Source: Octopus vulgaris (taxonomy: Eukaryota). From it: a stretch of DNA of 64,000 nt. Within the stretch, counting starts at the first letter, position 1, and each line of letters starts with the position of its first letter. Below are positions 1 to 14,061 of the stretch, piece after piece. The notes below the pieces were generated by a model. That model was not told where the DNA came from. It saw only the letters and a list, made by a program, of their open reading frames with translations, and did not search any database. The stretch lies in the NCBI GenBank assembly GCA_951406725.2, contig OX597826.1, positions 27,714,001 to 27,778,000 on the forward strand, written 5' to 3'. A program made the position numbers and the translations under genes.

Positions 1-780
1 TTGGCCATGGAAGCTTTTGAATGCCATTCTCATCCAACAAATCTTAGGTCATTTTAACCGTGTGACAAGGAACTCCATCTTCCATAAATAAAAGGTCTTC
101 TTTAATCATGTCACTAGTGAAGAAGATTGGAAGGCGTCTTTTCTGCAATATGGACTCATATTTATCTGAGTTTATGTTTTCCTCACCCTCCACCACCTCT
201 GATCAATAATTGCTCCAAATTGCTCCCAGACCATCACAGAATAGCTGCCGTGTTTCATTATTGGCTGCAATCTTTTCACATCAAATTCTTGGTCACAGAG
301 TCTCCAGACCCACACTCGACTACTGTCAGAAAATACAGCAAATCTAGACTCATCAGAGAATATAAGATTGACCCAAATTGCTAGCGGCCACTCCACCATT
401 TCACTGGCCCAATATTTTCTCCGCTTGATGTTGGTTCGTCGAAGAAGTGGCTTCCTTCATGCTGATCTGCAATAGTAACCAAGATCTGCAATAGTAACCA
501 AGCTGTTCTGGGACTAACATCAATTTGCTCTCCTATGTCAGAGGCCTTATAAGGAGAATTATCCTCCACACGTCACTTAACAAAGTGAAGGGTCCTGTCA
601 GAGGGCCCTGGTTGATACGGGCGGCGTGATTTGGATTCCTTCTCCTCTTTGGTGAATTGCGCAATCACCCTATTAACAGTAGAAAGCGGAATCCCCAGGT
701 TTTCTGCGATTTTACGCTATGTCCTCCTTCAGATTGACACACAATACGATCAACGCTTCTTTTGTACATGGTATGATTAA
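1..780 (-). pseudogene. Decayed Tc1-like transposase
   Basis: [30 protein letters not shown], the Tc1 first-D motif, in ORF 172-399. Frameshifted and runs off the window start. Confidence 0.8.
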
Positions 781-931
781 ACAGTTACATATAAAACCCG
801 AAACATAAAAATGTCAATTAATAAAAAATATAAACCTTTACAAGTTAGAATAAACATAAAACCATGTTTTATGAGGTGTCTATTTACGTCTGTCTTGTTT
901 GTGTTGTGTGTGTACACACACACATACACAT

Positions 932-993
<62 letters not shown>

Positions 994-1020
994 ACATATG
1001 TATGTATGTATCTATATATT

Positions 1021-1915
1021 CTCGCATACATTCATCAGCCTTTTCGTGTAGGTCTATGCTCTGGCGCTCCCGTTGATAACGGTGGTCTTCATTTTAAATA
1101 GCGTGAAACCACCAAGACATCTCGGAAGACAAATGATGAGAAAACCAGCAGCCAATGTTCCTTGTATCATGTTTTTGTCTCCCTTTTCTGTCCGTTAAGT
1201 TTTCGCCCAGTTTCGCGTATTCGTCCCTTCTCCGTCTAAGTTTTGAAATATTCATTGCAGCGCAACGCACCGTCATTTCTTTACTTAACTATAATAAATA
1301 TTCCCTGAATATTTGTAGTGCAACTCTTAGCGCTTTCTTCTCTCTCTGTTTTCCCTCCCCTCCTTAATTGCCTCCCTTGTATCCTATCCTCTTTCTTTGC
1401 CTTTCTGTTTGTCTTCTGCCTCTCTCTTTCCCTCTCTCATTCTTTAGTCCTTGTCGTTCTTTCTCGGTCTGCTCCTGATCAAACCAGACACGTTTTGTGT
1501 TCTGTCCGTCAAGGATTTATTCCATTTCTTTGCGCTACTTCACTCTGTCTGTCTTGATAATCGAAAAGGCTTTGCTTATATTGTTTTCGTGCATATACGC
1601 ATATTTATTCCATTTGTTTATTGTACGGCCATAAGAGATTTTCTATTGTATATGTACCATTCCTTGTTTGTTATATCCTGTCGTTATTTCTTATTGTACA
1701 TACAATGTTATTTTGTCCTGTCTTCGCACACATTCGTCAGTTACTCCTGTAGCTCTATCCTCTGGCTTTCCCGTTGATAAGAGTGGTCTTGGTTTTAATT
1801 AGCGTGAAACCACTAAGGCGTCTCGGAAACCAACTGATGAGAAAATCAACTGCAAATGTCCCCTGTATGGTGTTTTTGTCTCCCTTTTCTGTCAGTTTTG
1901 TTTTCGCCCAGATTA
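1021..1915 (+). mobile_element. (TA)n-flanked element with ~190-bp diverged direct terminal repeats (pseudo-LTR-like)
   Basis: 1021-1215 is similar to 1725-1912 (CCCGTTGATAA..GTGGTCTT..TTTTAA.TAGCGTGAAACCAC.AAG...TCTCGGAA..TGATGAGAAAA..GTTTTTGTCTCCCTTTTCTGTC). Both carry a decayed HHR-like motif. Confidence 0.65.
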
Positions 1916-1916
1916 C

Positions 1917-1974
<58 letters not shown>

Positions 1975-1997
1975 ATGTGTGTGTCTGTGTGCGTGTG

Positions 1998-2054
<57 letters not shown>

Positions 2055-2074
2055 ATGTATATATGTATATGTAT

Positions 2075-2310
2075 ATCTCTCTATATATAAAACTGAGAAT
2101 GTGTATCTGTCTGTGTGTTTCCCTAAAACCTGAGAACTACAAAACCAATTTCATTCAAATTTCACACATGCCTTACTTAGGGTCCATGTAGTATCATGGG
2201 CAAAAAAAGTGTTTAACTTCTTGTCTAGAGCGAGCCCACAGCAGTATCATATCTTCTCCACTATTTCAGTATTACGTGTTAAAAGTGAAAGAAAAACATC
2301 TCTCTATTGT
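2075..2310 (+). mobile_element. 5' part of a non-autonomous Helitron
   Basis: Starts ATCTCTCTATATATAAAA..GTCTGTGTGTTTC, like 56317. No 3' terminus seen. Confidence 0.45.
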
Positions 2311-2323
2311 ATGTATATGGATG

Positions 2324-2374
<51 letters not shown>

Positions 2375-3274
2375 TCTTTTACTCTTTACTCTTTTACATG
2401 TTTCAGTCATTTGACTGTGGCCATGCTGGAGCACCGCCTTTAGTCGAGCAAATCGACTCTTTGGAAGCCTAGTACTTATTCTATCGGTCTCTTTTGCCGA
2501 ACCGCTAAGTTACGGGGACTGTAATATATATATATTACAAAATATAAAGTTATATCTTGAGATCGTTAGTGACAACAACGCTCAAAATATATAACAGACT
2601 GGAACAGTAGTGCTCAAATGAGCTGTATACACTTTTTAATCCGAGGGGAGGCAATGCGAGCAGCAACTACAAAAGCACTACACAACCCACAGAAAGATCA
2701 AACACATACGTATATTCATATATTCATTTATATCTACTGAACAGACATAAAGCCCGGCGTTTAGAAATATATAGTAATATATAAATATATAAACATCATA
2801 TAAAAATATATTGTACGCATAAGATCCATTCGACGTTCCATAAGAAATTTAGAAATAAAAATTGCAATAAAAGTTAGTGGTAATAAGAACAATTGAATTA
2901 AATATAGTAAATATAGTAAGTAGTAATTAAATATTTTTTATTTTATTAAAATGGTAATTAAATCGTTATATAACAATTAAAAGAAAAAATAGCAATTAGT
3001 TTAAAATGTATCAAGGACTTGAACTCGAATATGTGGCTTTGCATGAATGGGAGAAATTAAAAGATTAAAAATTTAATTGAGTGCAGAAGTGAATTAGTCC
3101 AGATGGACATGTGCTCATACCATTTACTATAGCTGCTAGATTGAATTATATGCTTATAAAGTAGCATTCAGTATCTAGGAGAATTTTTAGGAGTACGTAA
3201 TGTCTGGTCTTTCGCATGTAGCAGGTATGTAATTGTGCATTTGTTTCCGTGTACTATGTGTTGTGTGTAAAAAA

Positions 3275-3365
3275 CATCCTGACGAGGGGAGTGTCAATTT
3301 TAAATATATGATATGTTTCATATTAATTGGTGCATCTCCGAAACTTTTAGGCATTTTTGTAGATG
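3275..3365 (+). ncRNA. Type I hammerhead ribozyme fold
   Basis: CATC-CTGACGA-[GGGGAGTGTCAATT...AATTGGTGCATCTCC]-GAAA-C..G-TA-GATG. Stem I is CATC/GATG, stem II is long, stem III is minimal, and GUA cleavage is predicted after 3361. Confidence 0.7.
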
Positions 3366-3479
3366 AACTTTTAGGCATTTTTGTAAATTTGTATATTTAT
3401 CTTCTATGTATTTTTCTCTGGAATTTTAATTCGTCTTTTTAATATGTCATTGTATGTTTTATTACCACAAAACTTGTTT

Positions 3480-3883
3480 ATAGCAGTGCTTGGAAGTAAA
3501 GTGTGTACAGTGTGGTCGTCTCTAAAAAGAAGATCGGGTTTCAGCTTCGCAGGATATCTTTGATTGTGTCGGAGAATACGAAGCCTTTATGAAAACGTAC
3601 ATAACAGGTGACGAATTGTGGGTCTATGTCTATGGCCCCGAAACCGAGGGTCACTTTTCGCTGTGAAAGAGTTAAACAAGGTTTCAAAATACCACGGGAA
3701 TCCAAGAGAGTATGACGAAACAATTTCTCGTTATCTCAAGAACAGAGTTCCAGGAATGCTTCCATCAATGGAAATGAAGCTGGAGAACGGATCTACTTCA
3801 AAGTAGGATTAAATGCTGAATTGATGTGTGTTGTAGTTGTCTTTTGATACCACCAGTCCCAATATCTTTTGAATCAGACCTCG
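3480..3883 (+). pseudogene. Mariner remnant
   Basis: ITGDELWVY-like segment at about 3601. Ends in the TIR-like CTTTTGAATCAGACCTCG|TA. Confidence 0.55.
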
Positions 3884-4274
3884 TACGCGTGCGCGCTTGC
3901 GTGTTTGTGTGTGTGTGTGTGTGCGTGTTTCTGTGTGTGTGTGACATTTACATATAGACATCTATGCGCAAATATATATCTTCCTATATTTTTTCACTCA
4001 GTTTAATTTCCACAAACGGTTGACAGAGTATTCCTGGAGGGAATTTAACAAGATTTTGATATTTATTAACTGGGAACATGAGAGAAATATATTCGAAAAC
4101 CCAGTCTTCGGCGACAACAAAACTACTAATAATGACTGAAACTGAATACTAAAGGAATAAAAAAAATCTCATTAGCTTTGATATTGGTTTTTAATTAATA
4201 AAAGTAAAGAAGAGACAAATTAATCAGTTGAATATTGTATTCTTTTACGTATTTTTTATCTTGTTTTAATGCTA

Positions 4275-4300
4275 TGATAATAACAACAATAATAATAGTC

Positions 4301-4344
<44 letters not shown>

Positions 4345-4443
4345 TATTATTATTATTATTATTATTACTACTACTACTACTACTACTACTATTATTATTA
4401 TTATAGTTATCGTTGTTATAATTATTATTATTATTATTATTAA

Positions 4444-4474
<31 letters not shown>

Positions 4475-4985
4475 GCTACTATTATTATTGTCGTTGTCGT
4501 TGTTGTTGCTGTTGCTATTTTCATATTTGCAATTTGAGACTCATTTAGGCTTCAAGAGCGTCATATGGTGGTTCCATTCTGGCATGAGTTGGAAGATGAA
4601 CGGCAACGACGACAACGACTATGATGATAATGAACGTAAGGATCTTCATGATGATGATCATAAAAATAATGACGAAGTCGATGACGAAGACGATGATGAC
4701 GACGACGCCGATGATGATGATGATTACGAAGATGACCAATAACCTGATGGGGAAGAGAATAATGATGATTATGATGACAATGTTGTGATGATGATGATGA
4801 CGATGATGATGACGATGATGACGAGGACGACGATGATTGTGACAATGACGATTGAGGCAATAATGATAGTTATGATGATTATTCGGATGATGGTGATGGT
4901 TATGTTGATGATGACGACGATGCTGACGGTGATGATGTACGTGACGATAACGTTGATGAAGATGATGATGACGAGGATGTCGATA
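4275..4985. repeat. Compound (AAT)/(ATT)/(ACT)/(GAT) trinucleotide region
   Basis: Direct reading. Representative of many similar di-, tri- and tetranucleotide tracts across the window. Confidence 0.9.
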
Positions 4986-5639
4986 ACCATACGGATATAA
5001 AAGACAAGGGAAAGACACGATAGGAAAGGCGGTGAGTTTGCAGAGTCGTTAGTATGCTTAGCCGCATTTTTTCCGGGTCTTTAAAATCTGATTTCAAATT
5101 CCGCCAAGCTTGACTTAACGTTTCATCATTCAGGATCGACAAAATAAGCCCCAATCCAGCACCGGTGATGGTATAAACTAGTAGCTCCTTTCCAAACGGT
5201 GTTATAATACGCAGAGTGAAACTGTTCTGCACAGATTAACCTTGAACTCGGTCGCGCATGCACAATACAATAAATTGTAACATTCTCGCTCACTTCCATT
5301 GGTCATAGCAGTGCCTGGAGGTAAAGCATGTAGAGTCTGGTTGTATCAAAAAGATCGAGTTTCAAAAGCACAGGATCTCCTCGACTGTGACAGAGTAGAC
5401 AAAACCTTTTTTACTTCCTCCTAGCACTGTACCTGTAGCAGCGTTTATTGCCAGGTTTTCTAACTAATCTGGTATGTGGGCAACTGTCTTCGAATACTCA
5501 TAGTGTCGTTCAATGCTCGAAAGGAGGAGTAGATACACACCTGTTTTCCATTTGTTTCTCTCATTGTTTGAGCATTGTACTAATTTGTTTCGTATGTTGT
5601 TTACTGTTGGTGATGTCCTGTACCCATATATGTATATAT

Positions 5640-5699
<60 letters not shown>

Positions 5700-5738
5700 A
5701 TGTATATATGTATATATCTTATATACATACATACATAC

Positions 5739-5773
<35 letters not shown>

Positions 5774-6141
5774 TGTATGTATGTATGTATGTATGTATGT
5801 GTGTATGTGTGTATCTATATATTATATTATTGGTTGGTTGAACGCCACCCATCCATTTCCAAGTATTTCTTAACAATAAATGCCAGGCGTATTTGATAGC
5901 CTGAATTATTTTGTCCACCCAATTACGTTCTCAGTATATATGGCGCTAAAATGAAGCTTGTATTTCCTTCTTCCGGGGTGTATTAAACTAAAGTACCGGT
6001 GAAGTACTAGGGTCGATGCAGTCGTCAAGTTCTCATCCACGTATTATTACTGTCTAAATCTGTGAGCATTATTGTTTTTATTGCAAGGACTTCAGTAACA
6101 CGGTGGTCATAATGTTGATGACGATGATGGTGATGATGATT

Positions 6142-6213
<72 letters not shown>

Positions 6214-6361
6214 ACGATGATGCGGATGAGGTTGTTATTGGTGGTCTTTGTCCTGTGAGGGGGCTGGAGTGGTGGTTTTACTAGTGGTGACGATGATGAT
6301 AACCATGGTTACAATAAGAAATGTGACCATTCATGGTGCATTTCTCTAATATAAACACGCC

Positions 6362-6412
<51 letters not shown>

Positions 6413-7357
6413 ATATGTATGTGTGTGTATACATATAGACACGTGATTATACATATTTACATAATGTATATATACATATATGAATATATACTTATTCATA
6501 TGTTATATATTTATATATATATACATTTACTTATGGATCATCTCCATATATATTTTCTTGTATGTGTGTGTATATTACGTATATATCTGCATATAGAAGT
6601 ACATACATATAAATATATATGTATGTAAATATACATGCGTTTATATAAATATGTGTGTGTGTATTTACATACATATCTATGTATGCATAAATATATATAT
6701 ATACACACATACACGCACGCACACATATGAATCCGTCTGTATTCCGACATGCATTATCGTCGATGAACAATGATGAAATCGATTTATTGATAAAAATCAA
6801 CAAAATATCAGTTTCGGAATTTTTGAATTAAGCCCTCACTTTTCAATAATCATCATCATAATTTTTTTTCAAAAATATTATTCCTGTATTAATTTTATAT
6901 TATTCATTCCATTCCTTCTTCTCCCACGTCCCTGCGTCCATAACAACCATCCACACGCCACACATACAAACTCTCTATTAGCTTTCTTTTGTGTCCCTAT
7001 TGTAATGTTTGTTTTTTCTCATAATCTCGTATGTTATTATGTTATTTCGTTTTAATACGTACCTACTTATTTCATTATTTCATTTATTTTCTAGAGAGAG
7101 ATTAATTGCTTAAAACATACCCACGCATTGTACACACATACATTTACACAAGCACGTATATTATATATACACATACACATACTCACACACACACACATAC
7201 ATATATATATGTTAATACATACATACACACATATATATGTACATCTATATGTGTGCGTGTGTGTATATGTATATATTAATGAATGTATGTATGTACGTAT
7301 GAATATATGTACGTGTGTATGTAAATATACAGACACATACACGCACACATATATGTG

Positions 7358-7394
<37 letters not shown>

Positions 7395-7576
7395 TGAAAA
7401 ATCATTACGATCTACCACTCTCTACCTCTCTCTCCTTCTCTCTCTCACCTTCTCTCTCTTTCTCTCTGAATATATATATATAGACATATATATACATATA
7501 TATATGAAGAATATATATATGTATATATATACACGTATATATATACATATATATACATATACATATATATATAGAA

Positions 7577-7651
<75 letters not shown>

Positions 7652-8198
7652 TATGGTGTAGCTATTGGGTGTATATTAGATAACTTATCTGGTAGTGTCC
7701 TGCAGAGATACACTGTACACAAGTGGATCAATATGAAACACCCATAGTCTTCCATAATTGGTCGCCTTCATGTCTGGCTTTCTTTTGTGCTTAATCTGAG
7801 CCAAGGGTCCGACGAGAGGGGGTGAGTGTTGGGCGAGCGAGTGAGAATTAGTGAGTGAGACGGGAGTATAAGCTGCAAGAGCGGCAAAACTCTTCGAAAT
7901 GGACTATTAAGTATCAATAATTTGAAAGTCGTCAGAGAATTTTGGGCCGTAGACACGTATATGTGTGTTGAAGTGTGGTAGTATGTATGTGTGTGTCTGT
8001 GTGCTTGTGCGTACATATATCTGTGTTTTTGTGTGCATCTGAGTGTGTGTGTGCGTGTGTGTATGTGTGCGTGTGTGTGTGTGTGTTTCTGCACATATGA
8101 TTGTTTAGTCGTGTTTTTTTTTCATATTTTGCGTGTTAAATATTTAGAAAGATTAAACATAATATAATATAATGATATATATATATATATATATATAC

Positions 8199-8239
<41 letters not shown>

Positions 8240-8539
8240 AACATATACGTACATACATACATACATACATATATATGTACATATGTATATATACATATAC
8301 AAACATGTAGGTATGTGTAATATTTACGTATGTTACGCATACATACATATATATGCCGATGTTTGTTACGTATATTTACATAAAGATATATACATATATA
8401 TATATACGTATATATATATACGTATATATATATATATACACATACACACACATATATATATATATACGTTCAGGCAGATAGACAGACAGTAGATAGATAG
8501 ATAAATAGATAGATTCATCATGTCACTGTAAGTGTAGAA

Positions 8540-8860
8540 TAGTATTTCATAATTTCCCTTTGAACAGATCCCATTGCTGGATTGAACATAAACCGGCTTC
8601 GGTACAGTCCCTCTTCCATCGATGCATATCGTTGTTCTGTGAAAAATGGACCCTGCGTAGCCAAGAACTAGGCTTCAGTTGTATTTGTGGGTTTCTCCAA
8701 GACATTCGATCGTTCCAACAAGGGCCAATTTATATGTTCGATGTAACCATGCTGTTCGTGATAGATTGCCAAAACTATCGCCATTATTCGTCGAAAAGCC
8801 GTCAAGATTCGTACAAAGTAACCTTCTGTTACTAGGGCTCATTTATACAACGGTATTATA
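8540..8860 (-). pseudogene. Mariner remnant
   Basis: Minus-strand fragments resembling the mariner C-terminus (GYIEH..LAL..SNV..THKYN..QGPFF..C.). Confidence 0.3.
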
Positions 8861-8869
8861 ACGGATCTC

Positions 8870-10480
8870 ATTCTTAGACAGCATCTTAATTCCTTCGAAT
8901 ACAAAGGTCTCACTCTCAAGCAGTAGTGATCATGTAACCTTGACTGCTTTGTCATTTTACTCCCATTGCTCATCATCAGCCATCAATGATCTTTTTCTCA
9001 ATGCAAAAAATGTAGAGCGTAGCATTATCAATGAGGATTAAAACTGCTTGCCAATTTATTCCAAAGATGGTACCCGTTCCACTGAGGTCAGTGGCTTCAA
9101 GTAACGGGAGTCCTGTGCTGCTAACAGAAAGAAACACTTCCTGACACATAAGTGATATACCTCAGGTGTCTGTAAGAATCTTCGAAGTATCTGGCAATCA
9201 TATACATTATTTCTGGTCATTTGTTGAGAATATTATTCCATGTGGTACCGTAGCTAAGTCTACGAAGTAAGATCTTGCATATCCCCTTGATGGTGCCCCT
9301 ATACCAATCTTCTCATGTGGGCTGAAAAGTTTAACAGCCTGAACACATGACCAAAAAGACCTGTTGTCATATTCCATTCAGCTCTACATATGTTGCTTTT
9401 CTGGCCATCACTATCTTACTGAACTCAAGCCTTATCGGATGTTCTATTTTGGGAACTTTTGTATCTTATTTGAGTATGGTGACCTCTAGAACACATTGAT
9501 ATTATTGGAAGAGAAACGATATGAAACTGAATATATGCAAATGCTAATGCGAACAGAGATTCGCAGCGCAGCATGCTGAAACGTATGTCTGTTTCGGCCG
9601 CTTCAGAAATAAATGAAGTTTTAGATAACGGTGTTGGGATGAGCTTGTTCTGCAGTTCTAATTTGTATCGCACGGATCACATATAAGCATAATTTGAGAA
9701 AACAGTTGAATTATCCACTCGAAGCTGATCACACTGCCGCACAAGGAAGAAAGAGTGGAATCTATATGCGAATTGTTAAAGCACAGAAGCTACCTACGTG
9801 CTCGATGAAGAACAACGGTGGCATCTTGACTGCTATGTGGAATGAACTCTATATATCTAGAGAGAACGAGATATTGTTTTACTAAAGTGCTGTATGTTTT
9901 TCTAAAACCAAGGACAAAGCAAAGAATCATAGTACAGTTAACGCACATCTAACCGTACTATGCTTAAGCCCACACTGCTTGGACCGTAGTAATATGAGGG
10001 TCGTTGAAGAAGAAATCAATGGTAATGTTGACCTCCTTCACGAGGACACCGTCGCTGGTATGCTATTTAGTGATATGTGGTCGAATAAGTATTTGTCAGA
10101 CGTTAAACGGTTCATGCATCACGAAAACATCAGGCGATCTCGGAGTTGTACATTGTAGGGGGCACGGAGGGAGAGATTCTGCGACTAGTAATTCAAAGCA
10201 GTAACACTAGTTACTTCCTTCGTGTCACTAAAATACACTTAAGGATTGTAAGACCAGAAGAGATAGTAAGCCTTAAAACAAAAAGAACCAGTGATAGCAC
10301 CAGGAGGTCACGGAGTCGATATTCTAAGCATGCCATCAGCCGCAGTATAGGACACATCAAATGAGATCATTCCGTATCCTATTCCTAGAGCTAACCACAA
10401 AGCCATGGTACCTCATCCTTTAAGGGAATCAGCAGCGTCATTCCTTCTAAATCGAGAAAGGTATAGAGTAACCCATTAGA
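8870..10480 (-). pseudogene. Old non-LTR retrotransposon remnant
   Basis: Complex non-microsatellite block with broken RT and C-terminal-like fragments (e.g. RSPDVFV). No open frame. Confidence 0.3.
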
Positions 10481-10559
10481 TAAATGCAAAATTGTTTTAA
10501 TTATAACGGAACATAAAAATAAACATTAATATAAATAGCTCTGTTTCTGCGTGAGTGCT

Positions 10560-11250
10560 TTCGTAAAATGTACTGAGAAACAGAAAAAAAAACCAGCAAC
10601 ATACAAAACACTTCTCTATGAAAAACAAACCGATATCTACCAAAAAAACATTACCTAAAAGCACAAATACAAAAGACAGAAAACTTTATAAAAATATTCA
10701 GATGGGAAAATTATCATTATGAAAACAGCGAAAAGGCGAATCATCCTAACAATATCTATGGATTCAAGACGGTAGAATGTCCATCTCTCATCCCATTCCT
10801 ACAACCATACGAAGATGACTTATTCGCAATGATCAAGTAAAGGAAATTCAACAAACCAACCAATGAATGGCAAAAAAGAATTGAAACAGAAAATGAACCA
10901 CGTAAAAAGAATCTCAAATATATTTGTAAAATTGGACAAACAAACTCTCGCCTTGTGCCTACCTTAAAGTAAGAGAGACACCTGCAGGCTTCTTTACAAA
11001 GTTCTACGTGCATGAATAAATTCTAAATAATAACATAAACCCATATTTAATCAAAGAAAATGTTTCCAAAGCATCTTTCTGAACACAACCAACAATAAGA
11101 ACCAAATTAACACCCCACACAAACCCTCATTTCTAAAGATGATTTTATCTCAACACAGACAATATAAAAACAAGACTAACGTTAATATATCGCAGTCCGA
11201 CGATGGCTTAGCCAGCCGAGACTTCAAAGTCACTGTCAGCATTCTTAATA
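10560..11250 (+). pseudogene. Decayed Penelope-like element (N-terminal region joined to an HHR-bearing 3' end)
   Basis: Frameshifted translations NFIKIFRWE and IYGFKTVECPSLIPFLQPYEDDLFAMIK*RKFNKPTNEWQKRI parallel DFIRRIRWA..KIFKSRRNPP..LENFEKDLIDLI of the intact ORF. Ends in the HHR-like fold at 11193. Confidence 0.6.
11193..11235 (+). ncRNA. Hammerhead-like fold (U4C core, GAAA decayed to GAGA) at the 3' end of a PLE remnant
   Basis: CAGT-CCGACGA-[T GGCT TAGCC AGCC]-GAGA-CTTCAAAG-TC-ACTG. Stem I is CAGT/ACTG. A second family member lies at 32115-32153. Confidence 0.6.
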
Positions 11251-11261
11251 CGCTATAATAA

Positions 11262-11870
11262 TCTTTTCTACTCTAGGCACAAGGCCCGAAATTTTGTGGG
11301 GAGAGAGACAGTCGATTAGATTGATCTCAGTATGCAACTGGTACTTAATTTATCAAACCCGAAAGGATGAAAGTCGATCTCGGCGTAACTTGAACTCAGA
11401 ACGTAAAGACAGACGAAATACCGCTAAGCATTTCGCCGGGCATGCTAACTTTTCTTATTTCCTTATTGCTTACAAGGGGCTACACACTTAGGGGACAAAC
11501 AAGAACAGACAAACGGATTAAGTCGATTACATCGACCCCAGTGCGTAACTGGTACTTAATTTATCGACCCCGAATGAATGAAAAGCAAAATCGACCTCGT
11601 CGGAATTTGAACTCCCAACGTAGCGGCAGACGAAATACCTATTTCTTTACTACCCACAAGGGGCTAAACACAGAGAGGACAAATAAGGACATACAAACAG
11701 ATTAAGTCGATTACATCAACCCCAATGCGTAAGTGGTACTTAATTTATCGACCCCGAATGGACGAAAAGCAAAGTCGACCTCGTCGGAATTTTAACTCAG
11801 AACGTAGCAGCAGTCGAAATGCCGCTAAACATTTCCCCCGCCGTGCTAACGTTTCTGCCAGCTCGCCGCC
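11262..11870 (-). mobile_element. tRNA-derived SINE family A, multimeric copy
   Basis: Head GGCGGCGAGCTGGCAGAAACGTTAGCAC..GAGTT.AAATTCC (A/B-box-like). The body GTCGACTTTGC.TTTC.TCC.TTCGGGGTCGATAAATTAAGTACCA occurs three times. Confidence 0.85.
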
Positions 11871-12696
11871 TTAATCCACTACATTAATGTAAACTGGTTT
11901 TTATTATAAACGAACAAAACAAAAAAGAGAAAACAAAACAAAACCCACTAATATTCATATATGCATATATAAATGATTGACAAAATCTAAAAACAAACAC
12001 CTTCTATCCTTTATATTCATCCTACCGTATTTTCTATTCAGAGGTCTACACTATAAAATGTATACCTCATTTTTCAAGCTAGTCAAACAGTAAGATGCGA
12101 TCTGAGTGAAAGTATACTGCTATTTCATGTGTACTGAGGGTTGTATCGTTAGCTCCACTAGAGGTTACAGTTACTTATTTAATGAAAATAAAAGAAGAGT
12201 TAATATTTCATTCCTATTATGTATTTTTCCTGTTTTTTTTTTTTCTCTTTTTCAGCGTAGGAGATGTATGCTTAAATTAGCCTTCTTTCTTGCTAAGATA
12301 CGTTTGTATCCCACTCATACAATATATTTTTTTAATTCATTCTGAAGTCACATTTGGCAAAATTTAGAATTGGGAATTCAGGTCGCCATTGAAAAAGAAA
12401 AAGGTAAATAATTTTATAATTATACGAAAATAATTGAATTTTTAAGGTTGAAGAAAAAAATAACTGCACAATTATCATCAGTGCAAAGTAGTTAAAATTG
12501 TGGAAATTTTAACTATATACGGGAAAGAATATATATGGCACATTTTTTTTCTTTTTTTTTAATTTGAACACCTACCAGTTCTGGCAATTCACTATGTAAG
12601 GGTATTGGCAACCTAACATTTGGCACAAGACTGCAATTTCGAACACTGAAGGACAAAAGAGAATACAATGCAATAAACAAGAACAACAAAACCAAA

Positions 12697-13102
<406 letters not shown>

Positions 13103-13417
13103 AAACGGGAAAATCTTAAACGAAATTTATAATTATTTGTAAAATTAATTCGAATAAATAGATAAATAATGTATTGAAGGAAATAATGCTGAAATCTTTG
13201 CAATTTAAATTGGATACAAGTTCAATAGTTAAATTGCTGTAAGGAAATTTTATTATTGCGTGCATGCGCACACACGCAACAACGTATACGCAGACGTGCA
13301 CGCACATATACCCACGCGAACTCACACTCATTCAGATACACGCAAGGACACTCACACGGACACACTCACCCAAACGCAAACATATACGTATGTATATTAT
13401 GTGTGCGTATATATATA

Positions 13418-13537
<120 letters not shown>

Positions 13538-13554
13538 CATATATATATGCATAT

Positions 13555-13592
<38 letters not shown>

Positions 13593-13596
<4 letters not shown>

Positions 13597-13955
13597 TCTT
13601 TTACTCTTTACTCTTTTACTTGTTTCAGTCATTTGACTGCGGCCATGCTGTACTTATTCTATCGGTCTCTTTTTTTGCCGAACCGCTAAGTGACGGGAAC
13701 GTAAACACACGAGCATCGGTTGTCAAGCAATGCTAGGGGGACAAACACAGACACACAAACACACACACATATACATATATATACATATATACGAAAGGCT
13801 TCTTTCAGTTTCCGTCTACCAAATCCACTCACAAGGCATTGGTCGGCCCGGGGCTATAGCAGAAGACACTTGCCCAAGATGCCACGCAGTGGGACTGAAC
13901 CCGCAACCGTGTGGTTGGTTAGCAAGCTACTTACCACACAGCCACTCCTGCGCCT
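13593..13955 (-). mobile_element. tRNA-derived SINE family B
   Basis: Minus head AGGCGCAGGAGTGGCTGTGTGGTAAG..GGTTCAGTCCCAC, body TTGGGCAAGTGTCTTCT, an internal (TG/TA)n and a (GAGTAAA)n tail. Partial copies at about 2372-2521, 27225-27597, 29320-29610 (+), 32675-32826, 39298-39448 and 40400-40545. Confidence 0.85.
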
Positions 13956-14007
13956 ATATATACATATATATATATATATACACATATACATATATATATA
14001 TATATGC

Positions 14008-14053
<46 letters not shown>

Positions 14054-14061
<8 letters not shown>

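Noticed and set aside
7805-7915. CCGACGA-GAGGGG...CTCTTC-GAAA HHR-like string
   Set aside because: The base of stem II pairs, but stems I and III cannot be formed; too decayed to call.
11262-11870. Repeat-spacer-like pattern suggesting CRISPR, or tRNA genes in SINE heads
   Set aside because: The repeats are tandem SINE bodies with repeated rather than unique spacers. The heads have A/B-box-like motifs but no full cloverleaf.
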